A DNA stretch of 32,000 nucleotides, taken from NCBI RefSeq assembly GCF_005696695.1, contig NZ_CP040006.1, positions 1,500,001 to 1,532,000 on the forward strand, written 5' to 3'. The notes under the pieces were generated by a model, which was given only the letters and a program-made list of their open reading frames with translations, searched no databases and was not told where the DNA came from. A program made the position numbers and the translations under genes. Every line of letters starts with the position of its first letter. Position 1 is the stretch's first letter. Positions 16,684-28,197 of the stretch are shown piece by piece. Source of the stretch: Schaalia odontolytica. GTDB taxonomy: Bacteria > Actinomycetota > Actinomycetes > Actinomycetales > Actinomycetaceae.

Positions 16684-16957
16684 CTCGGTGGAGTGTGCGC
16701 CGACTACATGCGAAGGCGCGGCGCGTACCGCGTACGCGGGGAGGCCACGGGTCGCATAGGGGGGGGGCTCGAATCGACCCGCACTACCGAGAGTGCTCCC
16801 GCATGTCGATCGCCTCGTCATCGTGACGATCGCCACGACACAAAAGTAACGCAGGAGTCGTGGGTCACATGCGCATTTCAATGAGACATTTTCTCGCTTG
16901 TCACTGAGACAAACGATCAAACGTGCAGCACCCGTCGCGCGCGCCACCTCTGCAGAC

Positions 16958-16994
16958 GTGAGCCTCCCCGGGCACATTGCCCGGGGAGGCTCAC
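16958..16994. terminator. 17-bp perfect stem hairpin 17 nt downstream of the miaB stop
   Basis: GTGAGCCTCCCCGGGCA (16958-16974), loop CAT, then TGCCCGGGGAGGCTCAC (16978-16994). Confidence 0.7.
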
Positions 16995-17011
16995 ATCAGC
17001 GCAGATCAGGG

Positions 17012-18550
17012 TCAGCTCGGGGCGCCCACGCGCAGCGTGGGGATACCCAGCGACACCGTGTTGTCGGGTTCGTCCGAGGCCTGGCGCGCCTCCCATGCGT
17101 CACCGGCGCGCGTGCGGCGCACCTCGAACAGGCCGCCCTGTGCGCCCGAGTCGGCGATCAGGTGGTGCGGCGCGCCGTAGGTGACGGTCGCACGGATCAT
17201 GTCGCCCGGGCGCGGACGATCCGCCTCGGCCATACCCTCGGGCAGGGCGACGTGCACGAGACGGTTGTCGCGGGCGCGTCCCGAAATACGGTGTGTGGCA
17301 CCATCCTTGCGGCCATCCCCCTCGGAGACGAGGACCTCGACCTCGGTGCCCGCCAGCGCGGCGTTATCCTCGGCACAGATGCGCTCCTGAAGCTTGATGA
17401 GGCGCTGGTAGCGTTCGAGCGCCACATCATCGGGCACCTGATCCTCGCGGTCCGCGGCGGGCGTACCCGGGCGCGGAGAGTACAGGAATGTGAAGGCGGA
17501 GGAGAAACGAGCCTGCTCGACGACGTCGAGGGTCGCCTGGAAGTCTTCCTCAGTCTCTCCCGGGAAGCCAACGATGATGTCGGTCGTAATCGCAGCCTCC
17601 GGAATAGCCGCGCGCACGCGCTCCAGGATGCCCATGAAACGCTCACGACGGTAGGAGCGGCGCATCTGACGCAGGATCGCGTCCGACCCGGACTGCAGGG
17701 GCATGTGCAGGCTCGGCATGACAGTGGGGGTCTCCGCCATCGCGGCGATCACGTCATCCGTGAAGGCTGCGGGGTGGGGCGAGGTGAAGCGCACGCGCTC
17801 GATGCCCTCGACGCGGCCCACGGCGCGCAGCAGGTCGGCGAAGGCGCCGCGCTCACCGAATCCGACACCGTAGGAGTTGACGTTCTGGCCCAGCAGGGTC
17901 ACCTCGATAGCGCCCTGCGAGGCGACGGCCTCCACCTCGGCGAGAATGTCGCCGGGGCGACGGTCGCGTTCCTTGCCGCGCAGGTGCGGGACGATGCAGA
18001 ACGTGCAGGTGTTGTTGCAACCCACGGAGATGGACACCCATGCGGCGTACGCGCTCTCGCGGTGTGTGGGCAAGGTCGACGGGAAGACCTTGAGGGATTC
18101 CTCGATCTCGACGGCGGCCGCGCGGTTATGCTCGGCGCGGCGCAGGAGGGCCGGGAGCACGTCGATGTTGTGCGTGCCGAAGACGGCATCCACCCACGGA
18201 GCCTTCTCAACGATGCCGTCACGCATCTGCTGGGCGAGACAGCCACCGACCGCAATCTGCATGCCGGGACGCGCACGCTTGACGGAAGCGAGCTGACCGA
18301 GGTTACCGAAAAGGCGGGTCGCTGCGTTCTCGCGGACGGAGCAGGTGTTGATGACGATGACGTCGGCGCCCATGTCGCCGGCGTCGGTCGCGCGGGCGGC
18401 AGCCTCGGGGACCTGCTCAACGGGGACGAGGCCGGCCTGCTCCAGCAGACCCGCCATTCGTTCGGAGTCGTGTTCATTCATCTGGCAGCCGAGCGTGCGC
18501 ACCGCGTAGGTGCGGGGCAGCGCGGTGCCGTCCTGCGTCATCGTATTCAT
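17012..18550 (-). CDS. miaB: tRNA-2-methylthio-N6-dimethylallyladenosine synthase (radical SAM methylthiotransferase)
   Basis: N-terminal [12 protein letters not shown], radical-SAM [11 protein letters not shown] and a C-terminal TRAM region. 512 aa. Confidence 0.95.
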   Translation of the reverse strand: MNTMTQDGTALPRTYAVRTLGCQMNEHDSERMAGLLEQAGLVPVEQVPEAAARATDAGDMGADVIVINTCSVRENAATRLFGNLGQLASVKRARPGMQIAVGGCLAQQMRDGIVEKAPWVDAVFGTHNIDVLPALLRRAEHNRAAAVEIEESLKVFPSTLPTHRESAYAAWVSISVGCNNTCTFCIVPHLRGKERDRRPGDILAEVEAVASQGAIEVTLLGQNVNSYGVGFGERGAFADLLRAVGRVEGIERVRFTSPHPAAFTDDVIAAMAETPTVMPSLHMPLQSGSDAILRQMRRSYRRERFMGILERVRAAIPEAAITTDIIVGFPGETEEDFQATLDVVEQARFSSAFTFLYSPRPGTPAADREDQVPDDVALERYQRLIKLQERICAEDNAALAGTEVEVLVSEGDGRKDGATHRISGRARDNRLVHVALPEGMAEADRPRPGDMIRATVTYGAPHHLIADSGAQGGLFEVRRTRAGDAWEARQASDEPDNTVSLGIPTLRVGAPS

Positions 18551-18561
18551 CGCAGTGAAGT

Positions 18562-19065
18562 CTAGTCGCCCACCTGCACACCGGCGAAGTCGAGCACGTC
18601 ACGCACCAGGGCGATAGCCGCGTCGATCGCACCCGCACGAACGGCCGCTCGATCACCGTCGAGGTGTAGGAGGCGGTGCTCCTCCCCCGCCGGGTGAACG
18701 CAGGCGATGTGGACGGTTCCCGCGGGGAAACCGTCGGCGGGGCCCGGACCAGCGACCCCGGTCGTCGATACGCCAATGTCTGCGCGGAACAGCTCGCGCG
18801 CCCCTCGGGCCATCTGGCGAGCAACCTGCTCATCCACCGGACCCGTCAACGCCAACTGGCTCTCCGAAACGCCCAGCACCGAGGCCTTGGTATCGACCGC
18901 GTAGGTGCACGCACCCCCGCGCACGACATGAGAGGCGCCGGGCACGTCCACAAGGCGCGCGACGAGGCCACCTCCGGTCAGCGATTCCGCCGTCGCGATC
19001 GTCAGACCGCGCTGCGTCAGATCCGCTATCAGATCGGCGAGCGCCTCATCGCTTACTGCGGTCAC
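18562..19065 (-). CDS. CinA-family protein, PncC (NMN amidohydrolase-like) domain only
   Basis: Motif [11 protein letters not shown] and a CinA C-terminal-domain pattern. The GTG at 19065 overlaps the recX stop as GTGA, so it is preferred over the track start at 19113, which would overlap recX by 52 nt. Confidence 0.78.
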   Translation of the reverse strand: MTAVSDEALADLIADLTQRGLTIATAESLTGGGLVARLVDVPGASHVVRGGACTYAVDTKASVLGVSESQLALTGPVDEQVARQMARGARELFRADIGVSTTGVAGPGPADGFPAGTVHIACVHPAGEEHRLLHLDGDRAAVRAGAIDAAIALVRDVLDFAGVQVGD

Positions 19066-19688
19066 AGTCCCCACTGCCAGGCCTCCTCGGTACCGCTCTC
19101 CTCGTCGCCCCACGTGTCGAGGGCGTCGCGCACGGCGGCAGACGCGACAGACGGCGAATACCCCTTGCGTGCGAGCATGGAACTCAGTCTACGGTAGGCG
19201 GTCTCGCGCGGGACGCCCGCAAGGGAGCGACGTTTGCGAGCCACCAGCTGTGCCGCGCGCTCCGCCTCGTCGTCCCGATCGATCTGAGACAGGGCACGCT
19301 CGATCGTCGAGGAGTCCAGTCCCTTGCGCACGAGAACCTCGCGCAGTGCACGACCGGACGCTCCGGTCCCCGAAAAACGGGAGCGGACGAGCGCGTCCGC
19401 ATACGCCTGATCATCGACGAGACCAACGGCCTCAAGACGGTCGACGACCTCGACGGCGATCTCGGCGCTGAAGCCTCGTCCTTCGATCGCGCTGGTCAAC
19501 TCCGAGCGGGAACACGCGCGCGCGTCGAGCTTGCGCAGGGCGACCTCGCGCGCGGCCTCGATCGCCGCCGTGCCCGTCAGGGCCGCATTGCGTTCGCGGG
19601 CGCGCGCGAGCCTCTCGCCCGGGGAGGAACGCCGGCGACGCTCCTCCCCCAGCTCGGGATGATCTTCAGGATCCAGGTAGCGGACCAC
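19062..19688 (-). CDS. recX: RecA regulator RecX
   Basis: 208 aa with RecX-type helical repeats (ALRKLDARACSRSEL..., VDDQAYADALVRSR...). The GTG start lies 3 nt after the recA stop. Confidence 0.88.
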   Translation of the reverse strand: MVRYLDPEDHPELGEERRRRSSPGERLARARERNAALTGTAAIEAAREVALRKLDARACSRSELTSAIEGRGFSAEIAVEVVDRLEAVGLVDDQAYADALVRSRFSGTGASGRALREVLVRKGLDSSTIERALSQIDRDDEAERAAQLVARKRRSLAGVPRETAYRRLSSMLARKGYSPSVASAAVRDALDTWGDEESGTEEAWQWGL

Positions 19689-19691
19689 GAC

Positions 19692-20783
19692 TCAGAAGCC
19701 CGCGTCCTCATCAGGATCGATGTCGGGCACGTCCTGGGACGCCTGGTCCGGATCCGGGGCCTCACCGATGCCCAGCGAGACGAGGATCTTCTGTTCGATC
19801 TCGTTGGCCAACTCGGGGTTGTCCACGAGGAACTGACGCACGTTCTCCTTGCCCTGTCCCAGCTGGTCGTCCCCGTAGGTGAACCAGGAGCCGGACTTAC
19901 GCACGATACCGGCCTCGACGCCCATGTCGATGATCGAGCCCTCGCGCGAAATGCCCTTGCCGTAGACGATGTCGAACTCGGCCTGCTTGAAGGGCGGGGC
20001 CATCTTGTTCTTGACGACCTTGGCGCGCGTGCGGTTACCGACGGGGGCGCCGGCCTCCTTGAGGGTCTCGATGCGACGCACGTCGATGCGCACGGATGCG
20101 TAGAACTTCAGGGCCTTGCCGCCCGTCGTGGTCTCCGGGGAGCCGAAGAAGACGCCGATCTTTTCGCGCAGCTGGTTGATGAAGATCGCGGTCGTGCCGG
20201 TCGCGGACAGGGCGCCCGTAATCTTACGCAGGGCCTGGCTCATGAGGCGGGCCTGCAGGCCGACGTGAGAGTCACCCATCTCGCCTTCGATTTCTGCCTT
20301 GGGAACGAGCGCCGCGACCGAGTCGATGACGATGATGTCGATGCCGCCAGAACGGATCAGCATGTCGGCAATCTCGAGGGCCTGCTCACCCGTGTCGGGC
20401 TGGGAGACCAGGAGGGAGTCCGTGTCGACGCCCAGGGCACGGGCGTAGACGGGGTCGAGGGCATGCTCAGCGTCGATGAAGGCCGCGTTGCCGCCGGCCT
20501 TCTGGGCGTTGGCGACAGCGTGCAGGGCGACCGTGGTCTTACCGGAGGACTCGGGGCCGTAGACCTCGATGACTCGGCCGCGCGGAAGGCCACCGATACC
20601 GAGGGCGACATCGAGAGCAAGGGAACCCGTGGGGATCACCTGAACAGGCGGGCGGTTGTCATCGCCCAGGCGCATGACAGAGCCCTTGCCGAACTGCTTA
20701 TCAATCTGCGACAGGGCGACTTCGAGAGCCTTATTGCGATCGTTGGTCGCGGGCTTTGCGGCGGGTGCTTTACGGGCTGCCAT
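19692..20783 (-). CDS. recA: Recombinase RecA (no intein)
   Basis: Unmistakable RecA sequence ([69 protein letters not shown]). ATG follows GAAAGGA. Confidence 0.98.
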   Translation of the reverse strand: MAARKAPAAKPATNDRNKALEVALSQIDKQFGKGSVMRLGDDNRPPVQVIPTGSLALDVALGIGGLPRGRVIEVYGPESSGKTTVALHAVANAQKAGGNAAFIDAEHALDPVYARALGVDTDSLLVSQPDTGEQALEIADMLIRSGGIDIIVIDSVAALVPKAEIEGEMGDSHVGLQARLMSQALRKITGALSATGTTAIFINQLREKIGVFFGSPETTTGGKALKFYASVRIDVRRIETLKEAGAPVGNRTRAKVVKNKMAPPFKQAEFDIVYGKGISREGSIIDMGVEAGIVRKSGSWFTYGDDQLGQGKENVRQFLVDNPELANEIEQKILVSLGIGEAPDPDQASQDVPDIDPDEDAGF

Positions 20784-20952
20784 GGTGATCCTTTCGTCTG
20801 CGGCCTCTCCGGCCTGCGGGTGTCCTGGCCTGGAATGCCACCCCTCTCCGAGGCGACATGACGAGTATGCGACCGGCCATCGTCATCTGCGTCCCGCGCG
20901 CATCACCCCTGTGGATGACACGCGTCGGAACGTCGTCGCCCACAAGCTTAAA

Positions 20953-20968
20953 TGGAACACATGTTCGA
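20953..20968. promoter_or_regulatory. LexA operator upstream of recA: TGGAACACATGTTCGA (minus strand reads TCGAACATGTGTTCCA)
   Basis: One half-site is perfect and the other matches at 5 of 6 positions of the TCGAAC-N4-GTTCGA consensus. It lies 169 nt upstream of the recA ATG, between DUF3046 and recA. Confidence 0.75.
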
Positions 20969-21031
20969 CCGCCGATCGACACGCCGCCCACCGATCAGAC
21001 GGGCATCGATCACACTGGCGACGCCAGTCGC

Positions 21032-21256
21032 TCAGCGCCCCCGCTCACGCGGATCGACGCGATGAATCCAGCGCGCATCCTCGCGCCCAGTTTCCTCGCA
21101 CAGGGTCGCCCAGACCTCGTCGGGATTCACGCCGGCGGACAGTGCATCGCGCGCGGTCGCCCCCAGCGAGGCGAGGTAAAGATCGGAAACATACGAGCGG
21201 CCGAGGGCGGACCCGAAGGTCGCCTCGACCGCCTCGTAAAACTCAGAGTGCTTCAC
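21032..21256 (-). CDS. DUF3046-family small protein conserved upstream of actinobacterial recA
   Basis: 74 aa, MKHSEFYEAVEATFGSALGRSYVSDLYLASLG...DEVWATLCEE. The GTG start lies 3 nt after the XRE gene stop. Confidence 0.8.
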   Translation of the reverse strand: MKHSEFYEAVEATFGSALGRSYVSDLYLASLGATARDALSAGVNPDEVWATLCEETGREDARWIHRVDPRERGR

Positions 21257-21259
21257 GCG

Positions 21260-21574
21260 TCAGGAAATCAGCGTGACGGGCACGATGTCATCGGGCACCG
21301 CGTCGGGAATGACCGCGCCATCGATAATCGCCATGCGCTCGGAAACCTCGCGAAGCACGAACCACAGCGGTACGCGCAGAGCCGAGGTGATCGCCTCGAG
21401 CAGCTCCGACGAGGCCTCCTTCTGGCCGCGCTCGACCTCGGACAGGTAGCCGAGGGAGACCTGGGCCTCCGAAGAGACCTCGCGCAGGGTTCGACCCTGG
21501 CGCTGGCGGATGCCGCGCAGGACATCGCCCAGTTCGCTGCGCAGCAGCGGGGTTTCGCTCAGTGTCTTTTCCAT
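21260..21574 (-). CDS. XRE-family helix-turn-helix regulator, ClgR-like
   Basis: [56 protein letters not shown] aligns closely with mycobacterial and corynebacterial ClgR. ATG at 21574 gives 104 aa. There is no clear SD, so the start is moderately uncertain (ATG 21610 is an alternative). Confidence 0.8.
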   Translation of the reverse strand: MEKTLSETPLLRSELGDVLRGIRQRQGRTLREVSSEAQVSLGYLSEVERGQKEASSELLEAITSALRVPLWFVLREVSERMAIIDGAVIPDAVPDDIVPVTLIS

Positions 21575-21744
21575 ACTGTTACTGTAGCCGTTCTGTTTCG
21601 AGGGGCGCATCGTTAGTTCGCGCATCGAAACGTTGTGACGTTCCGCTTTCATTCCTCGCGTTGCATTCATACCCGTACAACGCGGGCACTTTCAGGCTTA
21701 TTCCACCGACGAGTTGACTTCGATATGGGTTGCGTCACCCACGC

Positions 21745-22461
21745 TCAACTCTGGACGTGCTGGCCCGCAGTGCCGCGGCGTGACGGCGCGGGCTCCTCCG
21801 GAGCATCGTTGTCGCGCGAGTCCGCCACGGCCTCGCCAGCGCTCGCTCCGCGCATAAGGCGCACGCCATCGATGACGTACATGAAGCCCGAGTAGAGCGT
21901 CAGCGCGAGCGCAACGCCCGCGAAAATCTGCCCGAGGCGGATGAGAAGGACCACCCATCCCTCGTTGGCCTCATTCAACGCCGTGAAGTGCGCCCACGGG
22001 ATCAGCAGGGTCCCCAGGGCCACCATCTGCATGAAGGTCTTCAGCTTGCCCGCCTGATTCGCGGACACGACGACGCCGCGGCGCAGGAAGAAGGCGCGCA
22101 TCGCGGTGATGCCCAGCTCGCGCACGGCGATGAGGATCGTCAACCACCAGGGCAGATATCCCTGGTAGGACAGCAGGCCGAAGCCGCACAGGGTCAGGGC
22201 CTTGTCGGCGATGGGATCGGCGATGCGACCGAAGTCGGTGATCTGCCCCCACGAGCGCGCGAGCTCGCCGTCGAAGCGGTCCGTGATCGCGGCGACGGAG
22301 AACACGACAAAGGCCGCCCACAGTGCGGTCCACGACTGACTTTGCAGGCCCAGAACGACGAATACCGGAACGAGGACCAGACGCAAAACGGTCAGCGCGT
22401 TAGGCAGGTTCACCACGGGAACCTTGCTGTCTCGCTGCACGCGCGACACGTTCTCGCTCAT
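21745..22461 (-). CDS. pgsA: CDP-diacylglycerol--glycerol-3-phosphate 3-phosphatidyltransferase
   Basis: CDP-alcohol phosphotransferase motif DRFDGELARSWGQITDFGRIADPIADK and multiple TM segments. ATG at 22461 follows GGAAGGAAAC. Confidence 0.9.
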   Translation of the reverse strand: MSENVSRVQRDSKVPVVNLPNALTVLRLVLVPVFVVLGLQSQSWTALWAAFVVFSVAAITDRFDGELARSWGQITDFGRIADPIADKALTLCGFGLLSYQGYLPWWLTILIAVRELGITAMRAFFLRRGVVVSANQAGKLKTFMQMVALGTLLIPWAHFTALNEANEGWVVLLIRLGQIFAGVALALTLYSGFMYVIDGVRLMRGASAGEAVADSRDNDAPEEPAPSRRGTAGQHVQS

Positions 22462-22478
22462 GACCGTTTCCTTCCCGC

Positions 22479-25334
22479 TCAGCGGCCCGTGAGCTGCCAA
22501 GCGTCCTCGTTGTCCTCGGGCTCCTCGTCGACCCAGTCGGGCGAGGACCCACCAAAGTTATGACCAGAGTACGGGTCAACCCCACTGCCGCGCGAATCGC
22601 TGGCAGATGCCGTGCCCATTTCGTAACCGGAAGCGGGTGATTGAGCAGGAGCGGACGAGGCCGGCGCCCCCTCCGCGACCCCCGCCGCAGCACCGATGGC
22701 CGGGCTGGGCGCCCCCTCGGGAGCGACCGAAGCGGGCGCGGGGGCGGGCTCAGGCTCGGACTCGGCGATGCCAGCTGACTCCCCGCGCAGCATGGCGAGG
22801 ACCTCGGGCAGCTGTTCGGGGGTGACGAGCACCTGGCGCGCCTTGGATCCTTCGGAGGGGCCGACGATTTCGCGCGACTCGAGCAGGTCCATGAGGCGAC
22901 CGGCGCGGGCGAAGCCGACGCGCAGCTTGCGCTGGAGCATCGAGGTGGAACCGAGCTGGGTGGAGACGACAAGCTCGGCGGCCTGCAGCAGGTCTTCGAG
23001 ATCGTCTCCGATGTCTTCGGCGACCTTAGCTTCCTTCTTTTCGGGCACGACGTCGTCGCGGTAGTGCGTCTCCATCTGGCTCTTGACGTGGGCGACGATC
23101 TGGTGGATCTCGGATTCGGAGACCCAGGCACCCTGGACGCGCATGGGCTTGGAGGCACCCGCGGGCAGGTAGAGGGCGTCACCCTGCCCGATGAGCTTTT
23201 CGGCGCCGGGCTGGTCGAGGATCGTGCGCGAGTCGGTGAGCGAGGAGGTCGCGAACGCGAGGCGCGAGGGGATGTTGGCCTTGATAAGGCCGGTGACGAC
23301 GTCGACGGAGGGGCGCTGCGTGGCCAGGACCAGGTGGATGCCGGCGGCGCGCGCCAGCTGCGTGATGCGCTGAATCGACGCCTCGACGTCGCGCGGGGCG
23401 ACCATCATGAGGTCGGCGAGCTCGTCGACGACCACGAGCAGGTACGGGTAGGGGTGCAGCGTGCGCTCCAGCCCGGGCTTGGCCTGAACCTGTCCGGCGG
23501 CCACCGCCTTGTTGAAGTCGTCGATGTGCTTGAAGCCGTAGTCCGACAGATCGTCGTAGCGCGCATCCATCTCCTTGACGACCCATTCGAGGGCCTCGGC
23601 GGCCTTCTTGGCGTCGGTGATGATGGGCGAGATGAGGTGCGGGATGCCCTCGTAGATCGTGAGTTCCACGCGCTTGGGGTCGACGAGGATCATGCGCACC
23701 TGCTGGGGCGTCGCACGCATCATGATCGACGTGATCATGGAGTTGACGAAGGAGGACTTACCGGAACCGGTCTGGCCGGCCACCAGCATGTGCGGGGTCT
23801 TGGCCAGGTTGGTGACGACGTAGCCGCCTTCGACGTCCTTGCCGACGCCGACGACGAGCGGGTGCTGGTTGCGGCGCGCGGCCGCGGAACGCAGGACGTC
23901 GCCGAGGGCCACGTTTTCGCGGTCGGCGTTGGGGATCTCGATGCCGATGGCACTCTTGCCGGGGATCGGCGCGAGGATACGCACGTCGGCGGAGGCCACC
24001 GCATAGGCGATGTTCTTCGACAGGTTAGTGAGCTTGTCAACCTTGACGCCGGCGCCGAGGACGACCTCGTAGCGGGTGACTGTCGGGCCTCGGGAGAATC
24101 CGGTGACGCGCGCGTCGACGTTGAAGTCCGCGAAGACCTGCCCCAGGGCCGCGACGACCTGGTCGTTGACGGCGGATCGGGTCATGTGGGGCGGGCCGGA
24201 GACGAGGAGGTCCTCCGACGGCAGCGTGTAGCTGATCGAGTCGTCGAGGTTGGGCTGGAAGGCCCCCTCGGGCTCGTCGGTGATCGGCGGGGGCGCCGGC
24301 TCGTCCTCGGGCTCCGGTTCGGGCTCTGGCACGTGCGCGGGCACCTGGACGGGCGCGGGGGCCACGGCGGGACGCATCTGGGTGAGCATCTCGGTGGGCG
24401 CGTCGGGCGTCGTGGCACGAGGCCGGGGCGCGGGAGTCGGGGCGGGCGCGGGGGCCGCGATGGCTCCGGATTCCAGGAGGCGGGTCTCCCCCACGGATTC
24501 CGTGTCGGTCGCCTTGCGGAAGGACTCGTCGCCGTCGTATTCGTCGAGGAAGGCGTCGTCTCCCGCTGCGAGGTCTTTGCGCGCCTTGCGGCGGGCTTCC
24601 TTGGCGGGATCGCCACCGGCCTGATCGGAGGCCTCGGCGTCGCCCTCGGGGCGCTCACCGCTGAGGTGGGCGGCGAGGTCGCGCAGGCGCGCGGGGACGT
24701 CTGCGACGGCCGTACGCGTGGCGAGCAGGATCGAGTAGGCCAGGAGCAGGATCATGAGGGCACCCGCACCCCAGCCGGAGAGCAGCAGGGCGAGGGGGCG
24801 TGCGACGAACCAGCCGAGCAGGCCACCGGCCGCCTCAATGCCGGGTTCGGTGCCCATCGCGGGGTTTCCACGCGAGATGTGGACCAGGCCGGTGAGCGCT
24901 GCGGTGATACCGATGCCGCCTGCCACGTGGTGGGGCAGCGCGGATCGCCCGGATCGCGCGGAGACGAGCTCGACGGCCAGGGCGATCAGGACGAGGGGCA
25001 GGACGACCGAGAAGATGCCGAACAGGCCGGCGGAGGCGTGGTGGATCGCGTCCCCGGCCTCGCCGGAAATCTGGAACCACTCGCGCAGCGCGATAACGAT
25101 GGCCGCGGCGACAGCGACGAAGGCCGCAGCGTCACGCTTGACCTGCGAATCGGTCGCCTTCCACGCGCGCACGGCACCGACACCGGCGCGGCCGAGCGCG
25201 GAAAAGAAGCGGGCCAGGAAGCCTGGCTGCGTTGCTTCGGGCTGGGGCGCTTGGGCGGACTTGTTCGAGCCTCCCTTGGCGCGCGGGCGCGCGGGAGCCT
25301 TACCGGACGACGAGCGTGGAGACGATTGTGCCAT
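22479..25334 (-). CDS. ftsK: DNA translocase FtsK
   Basis: N-terminal TM block, Pro/Ala/Glu linker, motor domain (Walker A GQTGSGKS, Walker [13 protein letters not shown]) and a gamma winged-helix ([24 protein letters not shown]). ATG follows GGAAGGA. Confidence 0.95.
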   Translation of the reverse strand: MAQSSPRSSSGKAPARPRAKGGSNKSAQAPQPEATQPGFLARFFSALGRAGVGAVRAWKATDSQVKRDAAAFVAVAAAIVIALREWFQISGEAGDAIHHASAGLFGIFSVVLPLVLIALAVELVSARSGRSALPHHVAGGIGITAALTGLVHISRGNPAMGTEPGIEAAGGLLGWFVARPLALLLSGWGAGALMILLLAYSILLATRTAVADVPARLRDLAAHLSGERPEGDAEASDQAGGDPAKEARRKARKDLAAGDDAFLDEYDGDESFRKATDTESVGETRLLESGAIAAPAPAPTPAPRPRATTPDAPTEMLTQMRPAVAPAPVQVPAHVPEPEPEPEDEPAPPPITDEPEGAFQPNLDDSISYTLPSEDLLVSGPPHMTRSAVNDQVVAALGQVFADFNVDARVTGFSRGPTVTRYEVVLGAGVKVDKLTNLSKNIAYAVASADVRILAPIPGKSAIGIEIPNADRENVALGDVLRSAAARRNQHPLVVGVGKDVEGGYVVTNLAKTPHMLVAGQTGSGKSSFVNSMITSIMMRATPQQVRMILVDPKRVELTIYEGIPHLISPIITDAKKAAEALEWVVKEMDARYDDLSDYGFKHIDDFNKAVAAGQVQAKPGLERTLHPYPYLLVVVDELADLMMVAPRDVEASIQRITQLARAAGIHLVLATQRPSVDVVTGLIKANIPSRLAFATSSLTDSRTILDQPGAEKLIGQGDALYLPAGASKPMRVQGAWVSESEIHQIVAHVKSQMETHYRDDVVPEKKEAKVAEDIGDDLEDLLQAAELVVSTQLGSTSMLQRKLRVGFARAGRLMDLLESREIVGPSEGSKARQVLVTPEQLPEVLAMLRGESAGIAESEPEPAPAPASVAPEGAPSPAIGAAAGVAEGAPASSAPAQSPASGYEMGTASASDSRGSGVDPYSGHNFGGSSPDWVDEEPEDNEDAWQLTGR

Positions 25335-25391
25335 GATCCTTCCACCATATCGCCCGCCGCGGCCCCACTCTGCCAGGCGCGCCGCGCGAGA

Positions 25392-26339
25392 TCAGCGCAG
25401 GATGTTCGTAACAACCCCGGTTTCGAGCACATTTTCAACCTGCTCGCGCGTGGGAACGGGCAGAGCCGACTCGTGGGAGATAGCCAGCGCGGCACCCGCG
25501 TTCGCCATAAGGCACGCGGTCTCCAGGTCGTAGCCCATGACCAGGCCCGCGCACATCTCTCCGATGTGGGTATCGCCCACGCCCGCAGTGTCCGCGATAC
25601 GCGACTGGAACGCGGGAATCGAGATGACCGGAGCATCCGCGACCTTCTGCAGCTCGCAGCCCCGCTCCCCCACGCGGCGAACCGTGGCCGCGTCCGGGCG
25701 CATGTAGGTGCGGATCGTGGAGCCGTGACGGTTGGCGTCGAGAATACCGGCGAGAGTGGCAGCCTCCCAGCTGCTCATTGTCACGACGTCGGCACGGGGG
25801 AAGATCACCTCCCACGCTTCAACGGGAACCTGGGCAACTGCGGGAGACACCGAGACGACGAGCGTCACGAAGGGCGGCAGGGACGCGGCCCACTCGCTCA
25901 GCTCGGAAGCCGCGTGCGCGCTCGTCATGTCTGAGGCGGCCACGTGGACCACATCCCCCTCGCGCAGCTCGATCCCCTCAAGGGAAGCGCGCGACGGCTC
26001 CGATTCGACACCGGCCGTCACGACCGAACGCATCGACCCGTCTTCGACGATGAGCTGAATGACGACGCCGATATCACCCACCAGTTCGGGGGTCAGGACC
26101 TCGACGCCGGCCTCGACCAGCTGCTGACGAACGGCGAAAGAGTTCGGACCCGTGCCGAGCGGCGACGCGGCTGCCGTCGGCACGCCCATGGCCGCAGCGG
26201 CGCACAGGGTCGTGAAGCCGCCGCCCGGGCGCGAGCTGGCGGCATCCGCATGAACGGATCCGCCGCGCTCCGGCACGTATGCGATGTGCATCGGCAACAC
26301 GAGCGCAACAGAGTGCGTCGAAATAAAACGACCCGACAC
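25392..26339 (-). CDS. PfkB-family (ribokinase-like) carbohydrate/nucleoside kinase
   Basis: C-terminal PfkB signature DTAGVGDTH and N-terminal GGG anion-hole-like PGGGFTTLCAAA. The GTG at 26339 is preceded by GAAGGAAGGA 6 nt upstream, so it is preferred to the track start at 26363. Confidence 0.72.
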   Translation of the reverse strand: MSGRFISTHSVALVLPMHIAYVPERGGSVHADAASSRPGGGFTTLCAAAAMGVPTAAASPLGTGPNSFAVRQQLVEAGVEVLTPELVGDIGVVIQLIVEDGSMRSVVTAGVESEPSRASLEGIELREGDVVHVAASDMTSAHAASELSEWAASLPPFVTLVVSVSPAVAQVPVEAWEVIFPRADVVTMSSWEAATLAGILDANRHGSTIRTYMRPDAATVRRVGERGCELQKVADAPVISIPAFQSRIADTAGVGDTHIGEMCAGLVMGYDLETACLMANAGAALAISHESALPVPTREQVENVLETGVVTNILR

Positions 26340-26408
26340 GTAGATTCCTTCCTTCAAGCGCACGCTACCGCCCAGCGCGCCAGGGCCTCCTCAATGAAGA
26401 CTGCCAGA

Positions 26409-28100
<1,692 letters not shown>

Positions 28101-28197
28101 GGTGCCAGTCTGCCACGTTGGCACCGCTTTGCCCGCATCGGGAGACATGTTGGGCAGGTCGGCCCTCTCACATTTGATGCGTTCGGAGGGCGCTGAG

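Noticed and set aside
16755-16790. tRNA-like T-arm impression (GGGGGGGCTCGAATCGACCCGC), considered as a tRNA gene, a tRNA remnant or an integration att site.
   Set aside because: The loop is not the canonical GGTTCGAATCC context. I could not build an acceptor, D or anticodon arm of the correct geometry, and no integrase or direct repeat lies nearby.
16898-16926. TTGTCACTG at 16898-16906, considered as a PafBC / RecA-independent damage promoter (TGTCGGTG-N8-TANNNT) or a sigma-70-like -35 box.
   Set aside because: There is no TANNNT at the required spacing on either reading, and no downstream gene in that orientation.
19692-20783. Checked recA for an intein or frameshift, as occurs in some mycobacteria.
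   Set aside because: The 363-aa ORF is uninterrupted and collinear with canonical RecA.
21745-21860. Ala/Glu/Pro-rich C-terminal tail of PgsA (about 35 aa), considered as a functional extension.
   Set aside because: It is short, low-complexity and typical of drift in GC-rich genomes, and no motif is recognisable.
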